DNA of 64,000 nt from Torpedo marmorata. Lineage: Eukaryota. How positions within the stretch are numbered: the stretch's first letter is position 1; each line of letters begins with the position of its first letter. The stretch lies in assembly GCA_977017645.1 (NCBI GenBank), contig OZ360225.1:98580001-98644000 (forward strand), in the 5' to 3' direction. Under the pieces are notes generated by a model. The model was not told the origin of the DNA and did no database searches. It was given only the letters and a program-made list of their open reading frames with translations. The position numbers and the translations under genes were made by a program. This document shows positions 48,330 to 61,069 of the stretch, piece by piece.

Positions 48330-48470
48330 AGAAAAATAAAGTGTTGAAATACTCAGCAAGTCGGCCACCATCTGTCAGTGGAGAGACACAATCAACCTTT
48401 CAGCCCAATGACCTTTCATCCCCGATGGAAGGCTGTAACTTTGAATTTCCAGCATTTGCAGTTTTTAATT
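48330..48470. mobile_element. Degenerate Penelope pLTR-derived element
   Basis: GAAATACTCAGCAAGTCGGC..CATCTGT..TTTCAG..GACCTTTCATC, followed by the opposite-strand block TTTCCAGCATTTGCAG. Confidence 0.6.
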
Positions 48471-48759
48471 TCTCATACCAGGGGTCAAAGTTTCTTTGAT
48501 AGATTCTGAATAATAGACTTGCCAAATAAGGAGTGTGTAAAAATTAAGAACAGTGATTTTGCTAAAGCATTTTTCTGACTCCCATATGCTTGCTGCATAT
48601 TTTACATTTTGAGCTCACATAATGCATGAGTTACTGAAGTAAAAATATTATCAGTATCACACCCCCTGCATTGGATCCTGAGATAATAATCATGCTCCCA
48701 CTAAGCTGCAGCTCCTGTTGTAGAAAACCCAGCCACTAAATAGAAGATGTGATGAATAC

Positions 48760-49125
48760 AAATGGGTGCCCACTGGCTGGCATGGATATGGTGGCTAAAT
48801 GACATTTCCATGCTGCAGGACTCTATGACTGTAAATAGAATCGAGAGAATAGGTAGCTTGGATCTATTTCCCAGAGCAAAGAGTTTTAAATTGTGAATAG
48901 TATATTCAAAATAATTAGTCTAAAGAGTAAAGCCTAGATGAGATGAATGGCTAGCAAAGGCTGGAACCCTCCTCACATTTAAGCTGTACTTGGACATGTA
49001 CTTAAAGAGGTTACAGTCCGAATGCTGGGAGGTGGAATTAGACCAACACAGACCATTTTGACCAAAGCAGACATGATGGCCTGAATAGTCTCCTTTTATG
49101 TTGTAACTTTTCTATGATTGTATGA
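48760..49125 (+). mobile_element. Decayed CR1-like 3' tail fragments
   Basis: ACATTTAAG..GTACTTGGA..ATGCTGGGAGGTGGAATTAG..CAGACATGATGGCCTGAATAG..TTTCTATGATT. Confidence 0.6.
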
Positions 49126-49879
49126 AAATGGCAACAGGTGGCAGTGCATTAGGAATATAGAGCAAAGCAAATAATTGCCATTATATGCACACACTTACGT
49201 TCTCATTGGGAGAACAAGGTTACAATCATCTAATTAATTTTGGGTACATGACTTAATTTTGCTTCTATGCTACATTGACTTTGGAAAGTTATTTTTCGCA
49301 CTGGAAAATGATTACACCCAAAAACGTTCTTCAAGACTTCAAACTGACAAAATGGTCGAATATCATATAGAACTGAGTGCGCTGCTCAAGTCCTGTGTTT
49401 GATTCTAACTGGATCTCCTGTGCTATCAACAAAAGGAAGAAAAATGCCTTTTTGGTGCAATCCTCATCACACTTTCACCTGATCAATCACACAACAGAAT
49501 TACAGCAATTATATCAGACTCCAAAGGCCATGATCTGCCTTTTCTACTTGTTCTCTATGAGGGAGATGTACTTTGTGTGCCATGGAATTGGAGAAAACTT
49601 GGAGAAAATGATTTTTAAGTGTTGATTGACCAGTTCTTGAGATTTTGAAATGTTCTTTCTCTAAAGATCATAACAGAATTAAAATTGGGGAAAAAATTGG
49701 TTTGATCCCTTTAATAAACGTAAAAGACTGGATTAGTTTGAAAACTGGATCTGGTACCAAAACATAATTCAACAAGAATACAGCAGATATATTCATCCCA
49801 TTCCAAGAAACCTACGTAAAAACTTCATAACATGAAATAATACAAAATACTATTGGCAACAGCTGTCCTAATGTGTATT

Positions 49880-49900
49880 ACACACACACACACACACACA
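49880..49900 (+). repeat. (CA)10 microsatellite
   Basis: acacacacacacacacacaca. Confidence 0.95.
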
Positions 49901-52419
49901 TATAATTTAAATACATACATCTGTATAATATATATGAAAAATGCAGCAGTTTTTATTGCTCTAATCACCCCTTGTTGGTTGAGGGTTTGTTTCAGTTGGT
50001 CACAAGAGATTTCTCTGTGAGCTATGGTGTGTGAAAGGGCAGGGTTTACTTGAATCACTTTAACAGACTGCGCACAATCTGGGCTCTTGCAGAACTATCT
50101 CCTCTTGCCCGGACTCCATTCAGGTCTTATCTCTGTTTACCAACCACCATTTCTCTTTCTTCCACATAACTGTGGCTTTCTTTTACAATCAGCCAACTGC
50201 TGACACTGTGCCACAACCTCAAAGGCAAAAGAAAAGGGATAAAAAGCCCAAGCTGTGCAAACAATGAAACAGAACAGGTTAATTCATAAACCCTGATTTT
50301 TTTAAGCCAACTCATTAGAAAGAAACAGACCAGTGAAAAATGTATTCTAATATCCATAACATGCAGCAGAGACTGTCACTTTCATTATCAAGTTCAGCGC
50401 AGCCAAAAAATATTAGAAAACGAACAAATCAGTTTTGATGTGCACAATACTATTTAAATGTTCCAAGTTTCACAAGTCTTAATAACAAGTCAAACTATCA
50501 CAAACTCCAAATTTATATTCATTATTTCCTCATATTTATTTCAGTAATACAGATGATAGAATTTTATTTATTTCTACTATTAACCAGATAAATTGCAAGA
50601 CTGCAGAGGCCAAAAATTGTATGTAAAGTAAGTTCAATAATGTCATTGTTGAAATTTTATCAAATTTAGAAAATGAGAATTTTCAAACAATGAATTCTTT
50701 GAAAGGCTATTCCCTTAAAATGGTTTTAATGAATTAAATTTATCCCTGCACCAGCTGTTGTGCAGCAGATGGATCCATTTTGAAGCCTTGTTGAATTCAA
50801 TCCATAAAACTCATTTTGCAGGATTATCCATCCAAAGTTTCATTTACTGTTAAAGGACAACATTGGATTTAAAATAACATGACATTACACTGAGGATGGG
50901 GTTTCTATATCATATCAAAACGTGGCCTGCCTGAACATACACTTCCATCTCGATATCTTTTCATCAACATTATAGAAAAACCAGCACAAGCAAATTGTAA
51001 ATATTACTAAGGTACACACAGGTACAAATATTTCTAAATTGATCACAATATCCATTAAAATCAATATTTCCTTTCAGAAAAAACACCCAGAAATGTATTA
51101 ATTCCTAATGTTTTTTTTCTCTTTCTGTAAGACTTAAGGATGGATATTTGAGGTAACCGAAAAAAGTTGCAGACAAAATGGATTATGGGGCAGGAGTTGG
51201 GAAGTTTAATTCTATGTTCTTGAAGGTAAACTTTTATTTGACCAGCTACTTGAGTTCCTCAGAATGACATTAACTCTTTTAATACATGCTAGCCCTAGCA
51301 TCTGATTCTGCACAGAAAGCCAATGTAGCTTTTCGCTGTATAGGAGGCACAGTGTAGAAATAGACCTGACATCATGTAAAAGGATGCTGTTCATCACAAC
51401 TTGATACACAAAAAAAAAACCGAATTAAACCTCTTGTGTGTCAAGGTTAGTAGAATAGTCAGTTTACACGACTATAATAAGGACAGCTCATATTTGTTCC
51501 ATTTAATATTGCCTAATTTACAGTTTTTAGTAGGAAAAGATCATATCAGAAATATACCCTCCTCTCACATCACATTCAAATTTTGTATTGATTTAAGTGG
51601 ACACATTAATAGACATATTATAAAATACATTCTAAAGGATCACATCACCATCTGCCACATGAAGAGCTCCATTTTCAGGCACAAGATATCTTCTAATGTG
51701 CTAGACAGTTGGCAATCTTTGATTACCTCACTGAGCCCACTAACAATGTCAGAGGAACATTAAAACTAGTACTATTACCATAGAAGGACATGGTGCAGTA
51801 TTCTTCTTTAAAATAAAAATATTATTAAAATGATCACACATTTCACTGAAATAAATGTTTGTACATTTAATAGAGCTGAAACAACTAGCTCAGTGTCTGG
51901 ACCTCCCTTCTAAAAGAACTATCTGTATCTTCTGTGAACAAAAAGTAGCAATTGTCAGAACACTGTGAAATGAAATTCCAATAGTTCAGACATTATGGCA
52001 AGATGGGCAATACAAATTAAGGGCAGCAAGGAACCTATATTCCAGAAAGCAAGTTCGATCAGATTCAATACAGAAAGAGGTTTATATATCCTCCAGAGCA
52101 GGAGGTCAACAGTGTCACTTTGTTTTTGTTGCATCAATTGGAATTTTTAATCAAACAATGTATTACTTGCTGAATTCTATATACAAACTTAATTGAGGGC
52201 AATCAACCCAAATAGTACAGTCACTGACGTGCCATGAAATGTTCACCAATCAACCATTCAGCAGGTCAAAAACCAATGAAGCTTCCTCCCAATACTCTAC
52301 AGGCAGCATTAGCTACTCTTAAGAAACTGAGCCTGTCAAGAGCTTTTGATTCTATAGAAATAATTTACTTCATGGAAAGGTAAAGAAAAGATTGATCCAT
52401 TATTATGCATTGGCATTAT

Positions 52420-52840
52420 GAACTCAGGATGTTCCAAAACACATTCACAACCACTGAGGTATTTGTTGAAGTACAATCATTGTTGCAATATAAAAATATG
52501 GGAATCAAGCAAGCTCTTACAAAAGACAATGGAAGAATGAACTTACAGTCTGCTTCTTTAATGATTAGAAAGGAATAACTATTGGTGGGAATTCTGGAGG
52601 TAAAATTCCTCACTCTTCTCCAAAAAAGATCGTGGGATCATTCATTTCCAATTGAGAGTGCTACAAGGGCCTTGGTTTAGCACTTATATGAAAGGAAATA
52701 CCTGTAATAGTGCAGCTCTCTCCCAGTGGGGTCAGCCTTGATTCCTGGGTACGTCTCTGGAGAAGATATGAACGCCATACCTCCTGACTTAGAGGAAAGA
52801 ATATTACCAACAAAATCACCAGTCCAAATAGCTGACACTG
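52420..52840 (-). mobile_element. DeuSINE (SacSINE1-like) ancient SINE, near full length but diverged
   Basis: Resembles the recalled Deu-domain layout: TCAGGATGTTCCAAA..GGGATC..TTCCA..TGAGAG..GGGCCTTGGTTTA..AGTGCAGC.CTC..GTCAGCCT.GATT..TCTCTGGAG..TGAAC..CTGACT.AGAGG. Confidence 0.7.
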
Positions 52841-55389
52841 TGAACTGGGACATCTTACTTCTGGAAGCAAATTACTTAACTCGTGTTTAATCTTATTTCT
52901 GAACAAAAATTGCATTTGCAGTTTCTAGCCTACCAATTCTCCTTCTGGAAACTTTCTGTACTTTACAAAAACTCACCAAGACTGAACTGAGCTCTCTGAA
53001 AAATATCATAATTATTTCTCATCTGTGATTGGTAGCAGTAAGGACCTTCTCAGAATACAATACCAAGTAATTGGGTTCAGAGTAAACTGCACCAGTATTT
53101 CGTTTTTCAGATCAACGATTCAAGCATCATTTTTCAAAATAGCCAGCGGGTTGCTCCTTAAAGCATATTTTGATGACACGGTGGACACCAATTTCACGCT
53201 GCATGTATTTTGTAATGACATGTTTTAAGATTATTGAATTTATGGAATTCCCTTCGTGTCTTTGATAGATCAACAGATCAGTAAATTTGTAATACAATCT
53301 GAGTCAATATAAGTTAACAATCTAATACCTTTACAGAGCAAACTTGAGAAGCATTAATGTTGTTAGGGATAAAACCTGATACATTTAGGCAAAAGATTTG
53401 TATCTTGTGTCAAAATGCCTTACTAACAAGATTCTCTATAATGTTCAAAAGTTTATTGATTTTTCTGCCCAACCCTTTGGTGGACTTTATATTTAGATTA
53501 ATAACAATTTTATAAGTAGACCAGCATGCAACTAATGAACTGCTAGATGTGAACATGGATTTCTTAAACTCAGAAATAATTTGACATTTGCTCGTATTTT
53601 CTGAGATCTGAGGAGAATTCTTCAAAGGTAAAATGATTTCATGCATTACTCTATTTCATATCTTTAGGATGAGATTATCACTTAATGGTTCCAGTCATAG
53701 AAAACACATAAAGAGATGGAACAGAAGTTTCAGTGGGCACAAACTGCAATATTCCCCCAATCAATAAACAGAAGACAGCACCAAGGACAGCTCCTCAAAG
53801 TTTATTAAACTATAATACACCCATAAATTTGCCTCCAATTACAAACAACTTTCTTTCACTGCAATAGCGATACATTTTTTCCCACATCGAATTCAGTGTA
53901 TAATGTATAATCAAGAGCTTCTGCGAGTTAAAAGGACAGGAACTGGATTTATACTTTGAGGATTCAGTGTTGCACTTCCTTTCACATTATTTTACAGGAT
54001 AAATGTACTGTGGTCTGAACTTCTGTAGAAATATCTTATTAATTTGAGTATTAGAAGAAGAAAATGACACTGATAACATTCCATTCATATGGAGCATGCG
54101 TAACAATTTCTACATTTACATGGAAAATAATATGAAATCTCCATTCATGTAAGAAATATGGCTATAGAATTCTAGTTGCCTGGCTACAGTGGGTTACAGA
54201 TTGCTTTCTTAAAAAGAGTTCATCAGTTCTATATAAAAAAGTAAGATTATTTTTAGTGTTAGTCATTAAACATGTGTGCTTCATGTATGAGCTAGTTTGT
54301 CCTTTGCTTTTCTTCAACCTAATAAGATCAAAGTTACATTTGTAATTGCAAAATACTGAGTTTGAAAATAATTGTACCATCATTTACAAACAGTGCCATT
54401 AAATTCAGTTTTACGTTTAAAAACTATGGGTGTTCTGGTAACAAATTTTAAATATTTTATGGAAAGTATCTTTTGAAAGAACATGCAATTAATTGAATAT
54501 TTCGTTTGAAAGGACTGCATTTGCAACATTTCATTCATAAGATGCAACACCATGTACCTAAAAGAAATATGAATTTTACTTTGAAGTCAATCAAAACTGT
54601 ACCCTATAACCAAGCTGAACAGATGAAATTGCAGCATTTGTTACTAAACAAACTTCCTGTATATTATGATAATTTTCAATCCCCAACTCACCAAAAGACA
54701 ATCAAACAACTGAATTTCAGCAGGATTTCCTCAGAATACATATATCTTCATTTTACATTTTGACCTAAGGCTAGTTTATTCACATTATTGTTGTGCTGTG
54801 ATAAGCCATAGAATGTTGTTCAGAAATGTATTAAATAGGTCATGCATTGAAACAGTACTTAGTTAAAAACATTCTGTGATATGATTTTCCTTCTTCCAAC
54901 GACATAAGTAGAGCTCGACTTCAGAAACAAAGGCTTTCTCAATGTTTAAAAATAACTGTTAAAGAATCATCAAAAAAATCCAATGTTTATTCACAAACAT
55001 TTAAAAGTGTTTTAAAAAGTTGCAATAATTTCATATTGTTCTCTTTAATACCAATTAAACTACTGATAGTAGTACTGTATTAAAAATTGCATATCACAAC
55101 GCTCTCACTCTGCTGAGATCCAGTAAATTACTGTCCATTAATGTGCTAGACTGAAAGTTAAATTTGCAAAATTGTATCTCCTCTTTGTAAGACATGTTTG
55201 CAAATATATCTTGCAGAAATATTATTCTCTCTTGATAAGATTAAATCAAAGTATACATGTCAGTATTTTTACTCTTAACAAACACAAAATCAGAGTTTAA
55301 TCTAAACCCAGCACATGCTTCACACTTCTTACTTTTTCATCTGCTTGTACTGAAGCTGTAGCAGTCCCCCAAGTTGCGATATCCAGTGC

Positions 55390-55700
55390 CTTTGACTGCA
55401 TAGAGATAAGCACCTGCATTTGTGTGGATTTCTACGTCATGCATCCCTATTCATAGCCCTCAATATTCTACATTTGCACATCAACAGCCTCACACACAGA
55501 TTGCGGCTCTGGGCCCAAAACTTTCACTTTAATTTTCATCACATGATTGCTGCAGCATATGTCCTTCCAAGCTTCCCATATATCAGTCATCATGCAAATG
55601 AGATAGAATATTACTCCTCTACAGCAGATGGCCAGGGAAGATAACAATGGCTGAAGAGGGGAGATTCAATGTCCCTGACTTTATTGCCACGGCAACAACA
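55390..55700. promoter_or_regulatory. Candidate enhancer: POU octamer, E-boxes, SOX, GATA and RFX X-box cluster
   Basis: ATGCAAAT 55592-55599; CAGATG 55625-55630; AGATAA 55639-55644; AACAATGG 55643-55650; ATTGCCACGGCAAC 55683-55696; CACCTG 55411. Confidence 0.35.
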
Positions 55701-57955
55701 ATCTAAACTATATATATATAATGGAAGCTGTGTTGATTAATTTTGTTGACTCTAGTATTCTGATTTTGTGAGTGAATGGGCTCAGTTAAAAAGGTGCTGC
55801 CAGCTAATGTCCCTAGAAGACTATCTATAAAAGCCAGGGACTAGGATATTATTTCCAGTGACTAACAAGGCAACCGCCTCGCAATTATTTGAGAAATTAG
55901 GAGTAATTCCTCCCTGTAGGCCTTATATCCCTTCTGTGCTCTGAGTCTAGAAGCACATGTATTTGACAGACCTAGATTAGACATTGAAAAGAAAAGTGCC
56001 CAAAGACATTGCTACAGAATTTGCACACACTACACCCTTGTGATATGCCATCAGGAATCCAACATGCTGTGTAAACATAAGCCCCCAGCCAAAAGTAAAT
56101 AATGGCAGCACTCCACATACACGGGTCAATTGGAATGACAAAGCCTGCCACACTTATGGGTGGAGCTGAAGCTTTTGAAGCACAAGGCTCTGAATGAGTG
56201 GCACACTTAATGGCCTTTCTGGAGCAGCAAGTATTTCCATTACCAGCTGTCACTGTGGGACACCAGTACAAGCTTGTCTCCGGGTTACAAGCTTCCTCCT
56301 CAGAGATTAATGTGCACACCAAGTCCATGGGATGCTTTTAACCTTTTCATTGCTAAATATCTGCATTAAACATGTTCTACAAAATGCCTGTAATGAATGA
56401 ACTTGAGGATAGCAGATCCCCTGTTAGCCAATGCAGAGCAATATTAATGGACATGTCTGCTTGCCAGATTACTCTGTTTTCTTGGCTGATGAATAGGCAG
56501 GAGATAATAAAGCTGCAAAATAAAAGATGGAGCAAACTGAAAAAAAGACACCAGCAAGGTAGAAAATTGCCTTTCTTCTAACTCTCAACTTTTACCCCAA
56601 TTTGGAAAAAGGAAAAAGAAAAGAAATGTTGGGATTTGGTGAGCATTGTTACTTGTTATTAAAGTTGGAAGCATTTTGGTCCTTAAACTCCATATGGTTA
56701 AAAAAAGTCATTTTCTCAGCATGATTTTTACAACACAGAATCATATCCAACACTGAACTCAGTAAACAGTGCTATGTAATTCCTGGCCTTGTTCCTTTTT
56801 ATTCTTGGGGATAGGAACATTGGGTGGGTAAAATATGGAAATGCTGAATAAATTTTTATTATTGGAGTCAGAAGTGGCTGAATCTATAAATTCAGGAATA
56901 ATGGATTGCACAGCAGCAGATTAAAACTCTCGAGAGTCATTTGCCAGAAAACTATTCACCACAAGTACTCAGTTGTACCCACGTACCTGATGTATGAATC
57001 ACCGTTTAAAACTCAAGATGGAAGATTTTAAAAAATACCTGAATCATTTTTATGCCATGGGCACTATAAAGGAATAACAAGTGGGCAAGTTAGAGACCTT
57101 TCTAAATGCTGGTATGATTCATTTTAATTGAGTAGCCTAAGCAGATGCAGAATACTAAGTAGAACTCTCCATTAGCCTCAGTGCAAAACCAGAGACCTTA
57201 TTCATTTTTGATTTAGGCAACTGATGTGATTTAGAGATCAATTTTCAGCACATGGTAGTAAGCACTGAAACAAGAAGAGAATTGGGTCCAATTTTCCTGA
57301 TTTATATCCACGCACACTCTGATTATTCTCCTTCCGGAGTGGAGAGCAAAATAAGATTATTCAAATTTATCTATCCTATCCTCACTGACCATGAATGAGT
57401 ACGTACAAGTGCAAGAAGTCAGCCTCCATGCATCTTAAAGCAAGCTCTGAATTTCTTAGATTCCAATTCTGGCTGCAAGAATAGAATAATTACATTTTAA
57501 AGCAATATTTTAAATTGTTACTTCTATAAACTAAGGCCCATTTCAGATATTCACTTTCAGATAAATGAATTCAGGAACCTGATTTCTAATGGCAAAACAT
57601 AAAGGCTGCCAAGTTAAAAGCTTCAATTGTCTCTCCACACTGTTGGGAGAATCAGATTTTCAAAACCTCATGAGAATTTGATGACTATGATTATTTACGT
57701 TACAAATACCTTTGAAGAATTTTCCTTGAAGCTATCTTAAAGAATCAAGCCGGCTGGAAATAAATAGTTTTTCTACAGTCTCCAAAGTTTATTTCCACGT
57801 TCTATAGCCATGTTATTAAATGTTAAGAATCACTTGTTCTTCTGTAATTGCTTTGATTTCCAGGACTTCTTTTCTTCATGCTTAAACGCAGAATTTCCCC
57901 TTGATCCAGTTTGCATATGTTTTCAGTAACTTCCCAGTTACTGAAATGGACACAT

Positions 57956-58217
57956 TAATTTTTATTTGTTTTTAATTCAGAGATACAGCATGGTAACAGG
58001 CCCTTCCTGCTCAAGAGCCCGTGCCGCCCAAAGGCACCACATAACCTGCAGACCCCGTACATTTTTTGGAGGGTGGGTGGAAACCGGAGCGCCCAGAGGA
58101 AACCCATGTAAATCGCGGGGAGAACGTACAAACTCTTTACAGACAATGCTGGATTTGAACCCGGGTCGCTGGTGCTGTAATAGCATTGCGCTAACTGTTA
58201 TGCTAACTGTGCTGCCC
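57956..58217 (-). mobile_element. V/HE1-type tRNA SINE
   Basis: Full-length reverse complement starting GGGCAGCACAGTTAGC; V-domain and tail present. Confidence 0.9.
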
Positions 58218-58439
58218 TAAACTTATAACATTCGGCAAAGGGCTGTTTTACCTTTGATACAGTTCTCCTGCAACTACTGACCCATAATGATGTCAGGTTT
58301 GAAATGACCTCAGCAAGCAGCACTAAATAATTTTCTCTTGTAGTCAAGAGAAAGACAACCACAAACAACCACAAGTGCCAGGATACACCCATTGAACTCT
58401 GTTTGAATTGCCACTGGGATAAATAATGTGACAGGAGAA

Positions 58440-58941
58440 ACACAAGAGAGTGCAGATGCTGGAACCTTGAGCAAACAGTGAGAGGCCTGTCAGGCAGCAT
58501 CCATGGAGAAAAGGTGACAGGCAACATTTTGGGTTGGTCGGGATCCTTTTTTGAGTCTAAGAAGGAAAGGAAGATAGCAAGCATAAAAAGGACAGGGAAG
58601 GACTGGGGAGAGGCCATGAGCTAATATGATACTGGACAAATAAAGGTGGGAGAGATGGAAGAGGAGACTATGGGGGTGGTGGGTGGAAGTGGTTGAGAAA
58701 AGTAAGGACTGAAATGGAATAGGAAAATATGAACAGATACGCAGCAGATAGAAACTGTGGAACTGGATTGGGGAGGGATTGTTACCTGAAATTAGAAAAT
58801 GTGATGTTCATGCTATTAGGTTTTAGGATGCCCAGGTGGAATATGATCTTAAAAAGGGGCCCCAACCCGAAACGTTAACTGTCCATTTCTCTTCATGAAT
58901 GGCGTCTGACCCTTTGAGTCCCCAAGCTTTTCTTTGCTCAA
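58440..58941. mobile_element. Penelope 3' fragment (minus, ~58440-58846) fused to an inverted pLTR end (plus, ~58847-58941)
   Basis: TGCAGATGCTGG..CAGGCAGCATCCATGG; purine-rich UTR; end of GIY-YIG C-terminus (GTTACCTGAAATTAGAAAAT..ATGTTCATG); then GGG..CCCGAAACGTTAACT. Confidence 0.75.
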
Positions 58942-58942
58942 C

Positions 58943-59650
58943 CACATTAAGGCCAAAAAGGAAAATCAAGAGCTTGATTTCCTTAGGAGCCCAAGGAAAT
59001 TCAGCAAGTTCCCAATGTTTCTCACCATTTTTTACAGATGAACCACAGAAAGTATCCTGTCCTGATGAATCGCAGCTCAGTAGGGGAATTACTTTGTGCA
59101 AGAAACTGCAGAGTGGTGAATGCCGCTCTGGTCCACCATGAAAACCAACCTCCCTTCATCGACTCTGTCTACACCTCTGAGCCAACATATTAAAAGACCC
59201 ATCCCATCCTGGTCACACCGTCTTCCGTTTCCTGCCATAGTGTAGAAGATTCATGAGTTTGAAAATATGTACCATGAGATTCAAGGACAGTTTCTTCCTC
59301 ACTCTCATCAGATTAATGAATGGACCTCTCAGTAAAATAATGTTGCCAATGCATTTTTTGAACTGAACTCTTTCCCTGTAACAATATACATTGTACTTTT
59401 GTTTTATTTTGCACTACCAGTTGCACACAAAGGTCAGATGACTTGACTGGAAAGCACACAAAACAAAGCTTTACACTGTATAGCAGTATATGTGAGGGGC
59501 ACTGGACAAAATAGCGACCCTCTGTCTGCCTTACGGTAGACAAAAATTAAAGAATTTCATGTATGTTACATTCTAAATGTAGTATTACGTGACAATAATG
59601 GAACCTTTACCGTTACCTTTTTATATGTGACAATAAACAATTGAATTTAA
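58943..59650 (+). mobile_element. Old Rex1/Babar-like 3' fragment
   Basis: Degenerate FLRS..KF / ESILS / KKLQ / DPSHPGH / RFKDSFFL..IRLMN; GACAATAAA tail; interrupted at 59496-59621. Confidence 0.75.
59496..59621 (+). mobile_element. GC-rich non-coding retroelement family, 3' fragment (copy C) with 9-bp TSD
   Basis: GCGACCCTCTGTCTGCCTTACG..TATTACGTGACAATAA; TATATGTGA at both 59487-59495 and 59622-59630. Confidence 0.8.
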
Positions 59651-60382
59651 TTCAATACAATAATATGGCGGGATATTATATAAGCCAGATCATCTTACAT
59701 TCTTTCTTTCAACAGAATTTCTCCCCATGATTTTCATCCTCATTGATTCAACATCTCATCACTAGAGTGTCAGTACCAGGATGAATAATTGATCCACCAG
59801 TCACCTCCTTTTATCAAATGAAATTGTTTCACTTGAAGAATCATTCAAACTCGTATTTCTAAAATGCTGCCTTTTACCACCATGCCTTCTTCAACCAAAG
59901 GCCACATGAAACATCCCTGTCTCTTCCAAATTCTATGTTGGCCCACAGCCCAATCCATTGCTCCAAATATTCAGATGACTTATCCCACAAGTTAAACTGA
60001 TTTACTGTTGCCCCGATTTTTCTGCCATCAGCAAATTGTCTCACTACTGATAAACATTCAGACTTGTTATTTGGCAATAAGATATTTCTTCAGCTCAATG
60101 ATCGGAATATCACATATGTAGTGGGGAGTGGTCCTTCGTCCTCCTGAAGTCCACAATCATCTCCTTTGTCTTGTCCATATTGAGACTCAGGTTGTTCCTT
60201 TTGCACCACCGTACAAGCCTTTCAACCTCCTCTCTGTAAGCCGACTCATCATTGTTGCAGATGAGGCCAACCGCCGTTGTGTCATCCACAAACTTGATCA
60301 TTCTGTTGAAGCTGAACAGTAGCGGGCTGAGCACGCAGCCCTGATGTGTGCCAGTGGTCAGTGAGATGGGGCTTGAGGTTAC

Positions 60383-60642
60383 TTAAATTTTAAATTTTAA
60401 AATTTAGACATACAGCATGGTAATAGGCTATTTCGGCCCACGAGTCCGTGCCGCCCAATTACACACAATTAACCTACAACCCCCGGTACATTTTGAACGG
60501 TGGGAGGAAACCGGAGCCCCCGGGGAAAACACGCAGCCTGGGAAGAACGTCCAAACTCCTTACAGACAGCGCGGGATTCGAACCCCGGTCCCAATTGCTG
60601 GCGCTGTAAAAGCGTTGCGCTAACCGCTACGCCAACCGTGCT
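60383..60642 (-). mobile_element. V/HE1-type tRNA SINE, young copy
   Basis: CpG-rich; B-box GGTTCGAATCC on the minus strand; V-domain; (AAATTT)n tail. Confidence 0.93.
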
Positions 60643-61069
60643 GAGCTATGCTGCCAACCCAGACAGACAGTGGTCTTTCAATCAAGAAGTCCAGGATTTA
60701 GTTGCAGACAGGGGTACTGAGTCTCAGCGAGGACAGTTTATCCAACAGCCTGTAAGATATGATCATGTTGAATGCCGAGCTAAAGTCAATGTACATTGTA
60801 CAAGCCTGGCAGCTTTCTCTAGGTGGGTCAGCACGGAGTGGAGGGTCAGGTCTATTGCATCATCTGCAGATCGGTTTGCAGATAGGCAAACTGGAATGAG
60901 TCCATTGTCGCTGGTAGGTGCACTTTGATGCACTCCATTACTAGTCTTTCAAAGCCATTCATAATCGTAGAGGTCGGTGCAACTGGACAGTACCAACTAC
61001 CATTGCTCTCTTGGTCGCTGGGTTAATTGTGACTGCCTTGAATCCTGCAGGGGTAATGGACTGCTGGAG

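Noticed and set aside
57921-57946. Perfect 11-bp hairpin TTTCAGTAACT-tccc-AGTTACTGAAA
   Set aside because: A single short inverted repeat with no associated feature; not a terminator in this eukaryotic context and plausibly chance or a small repair scar
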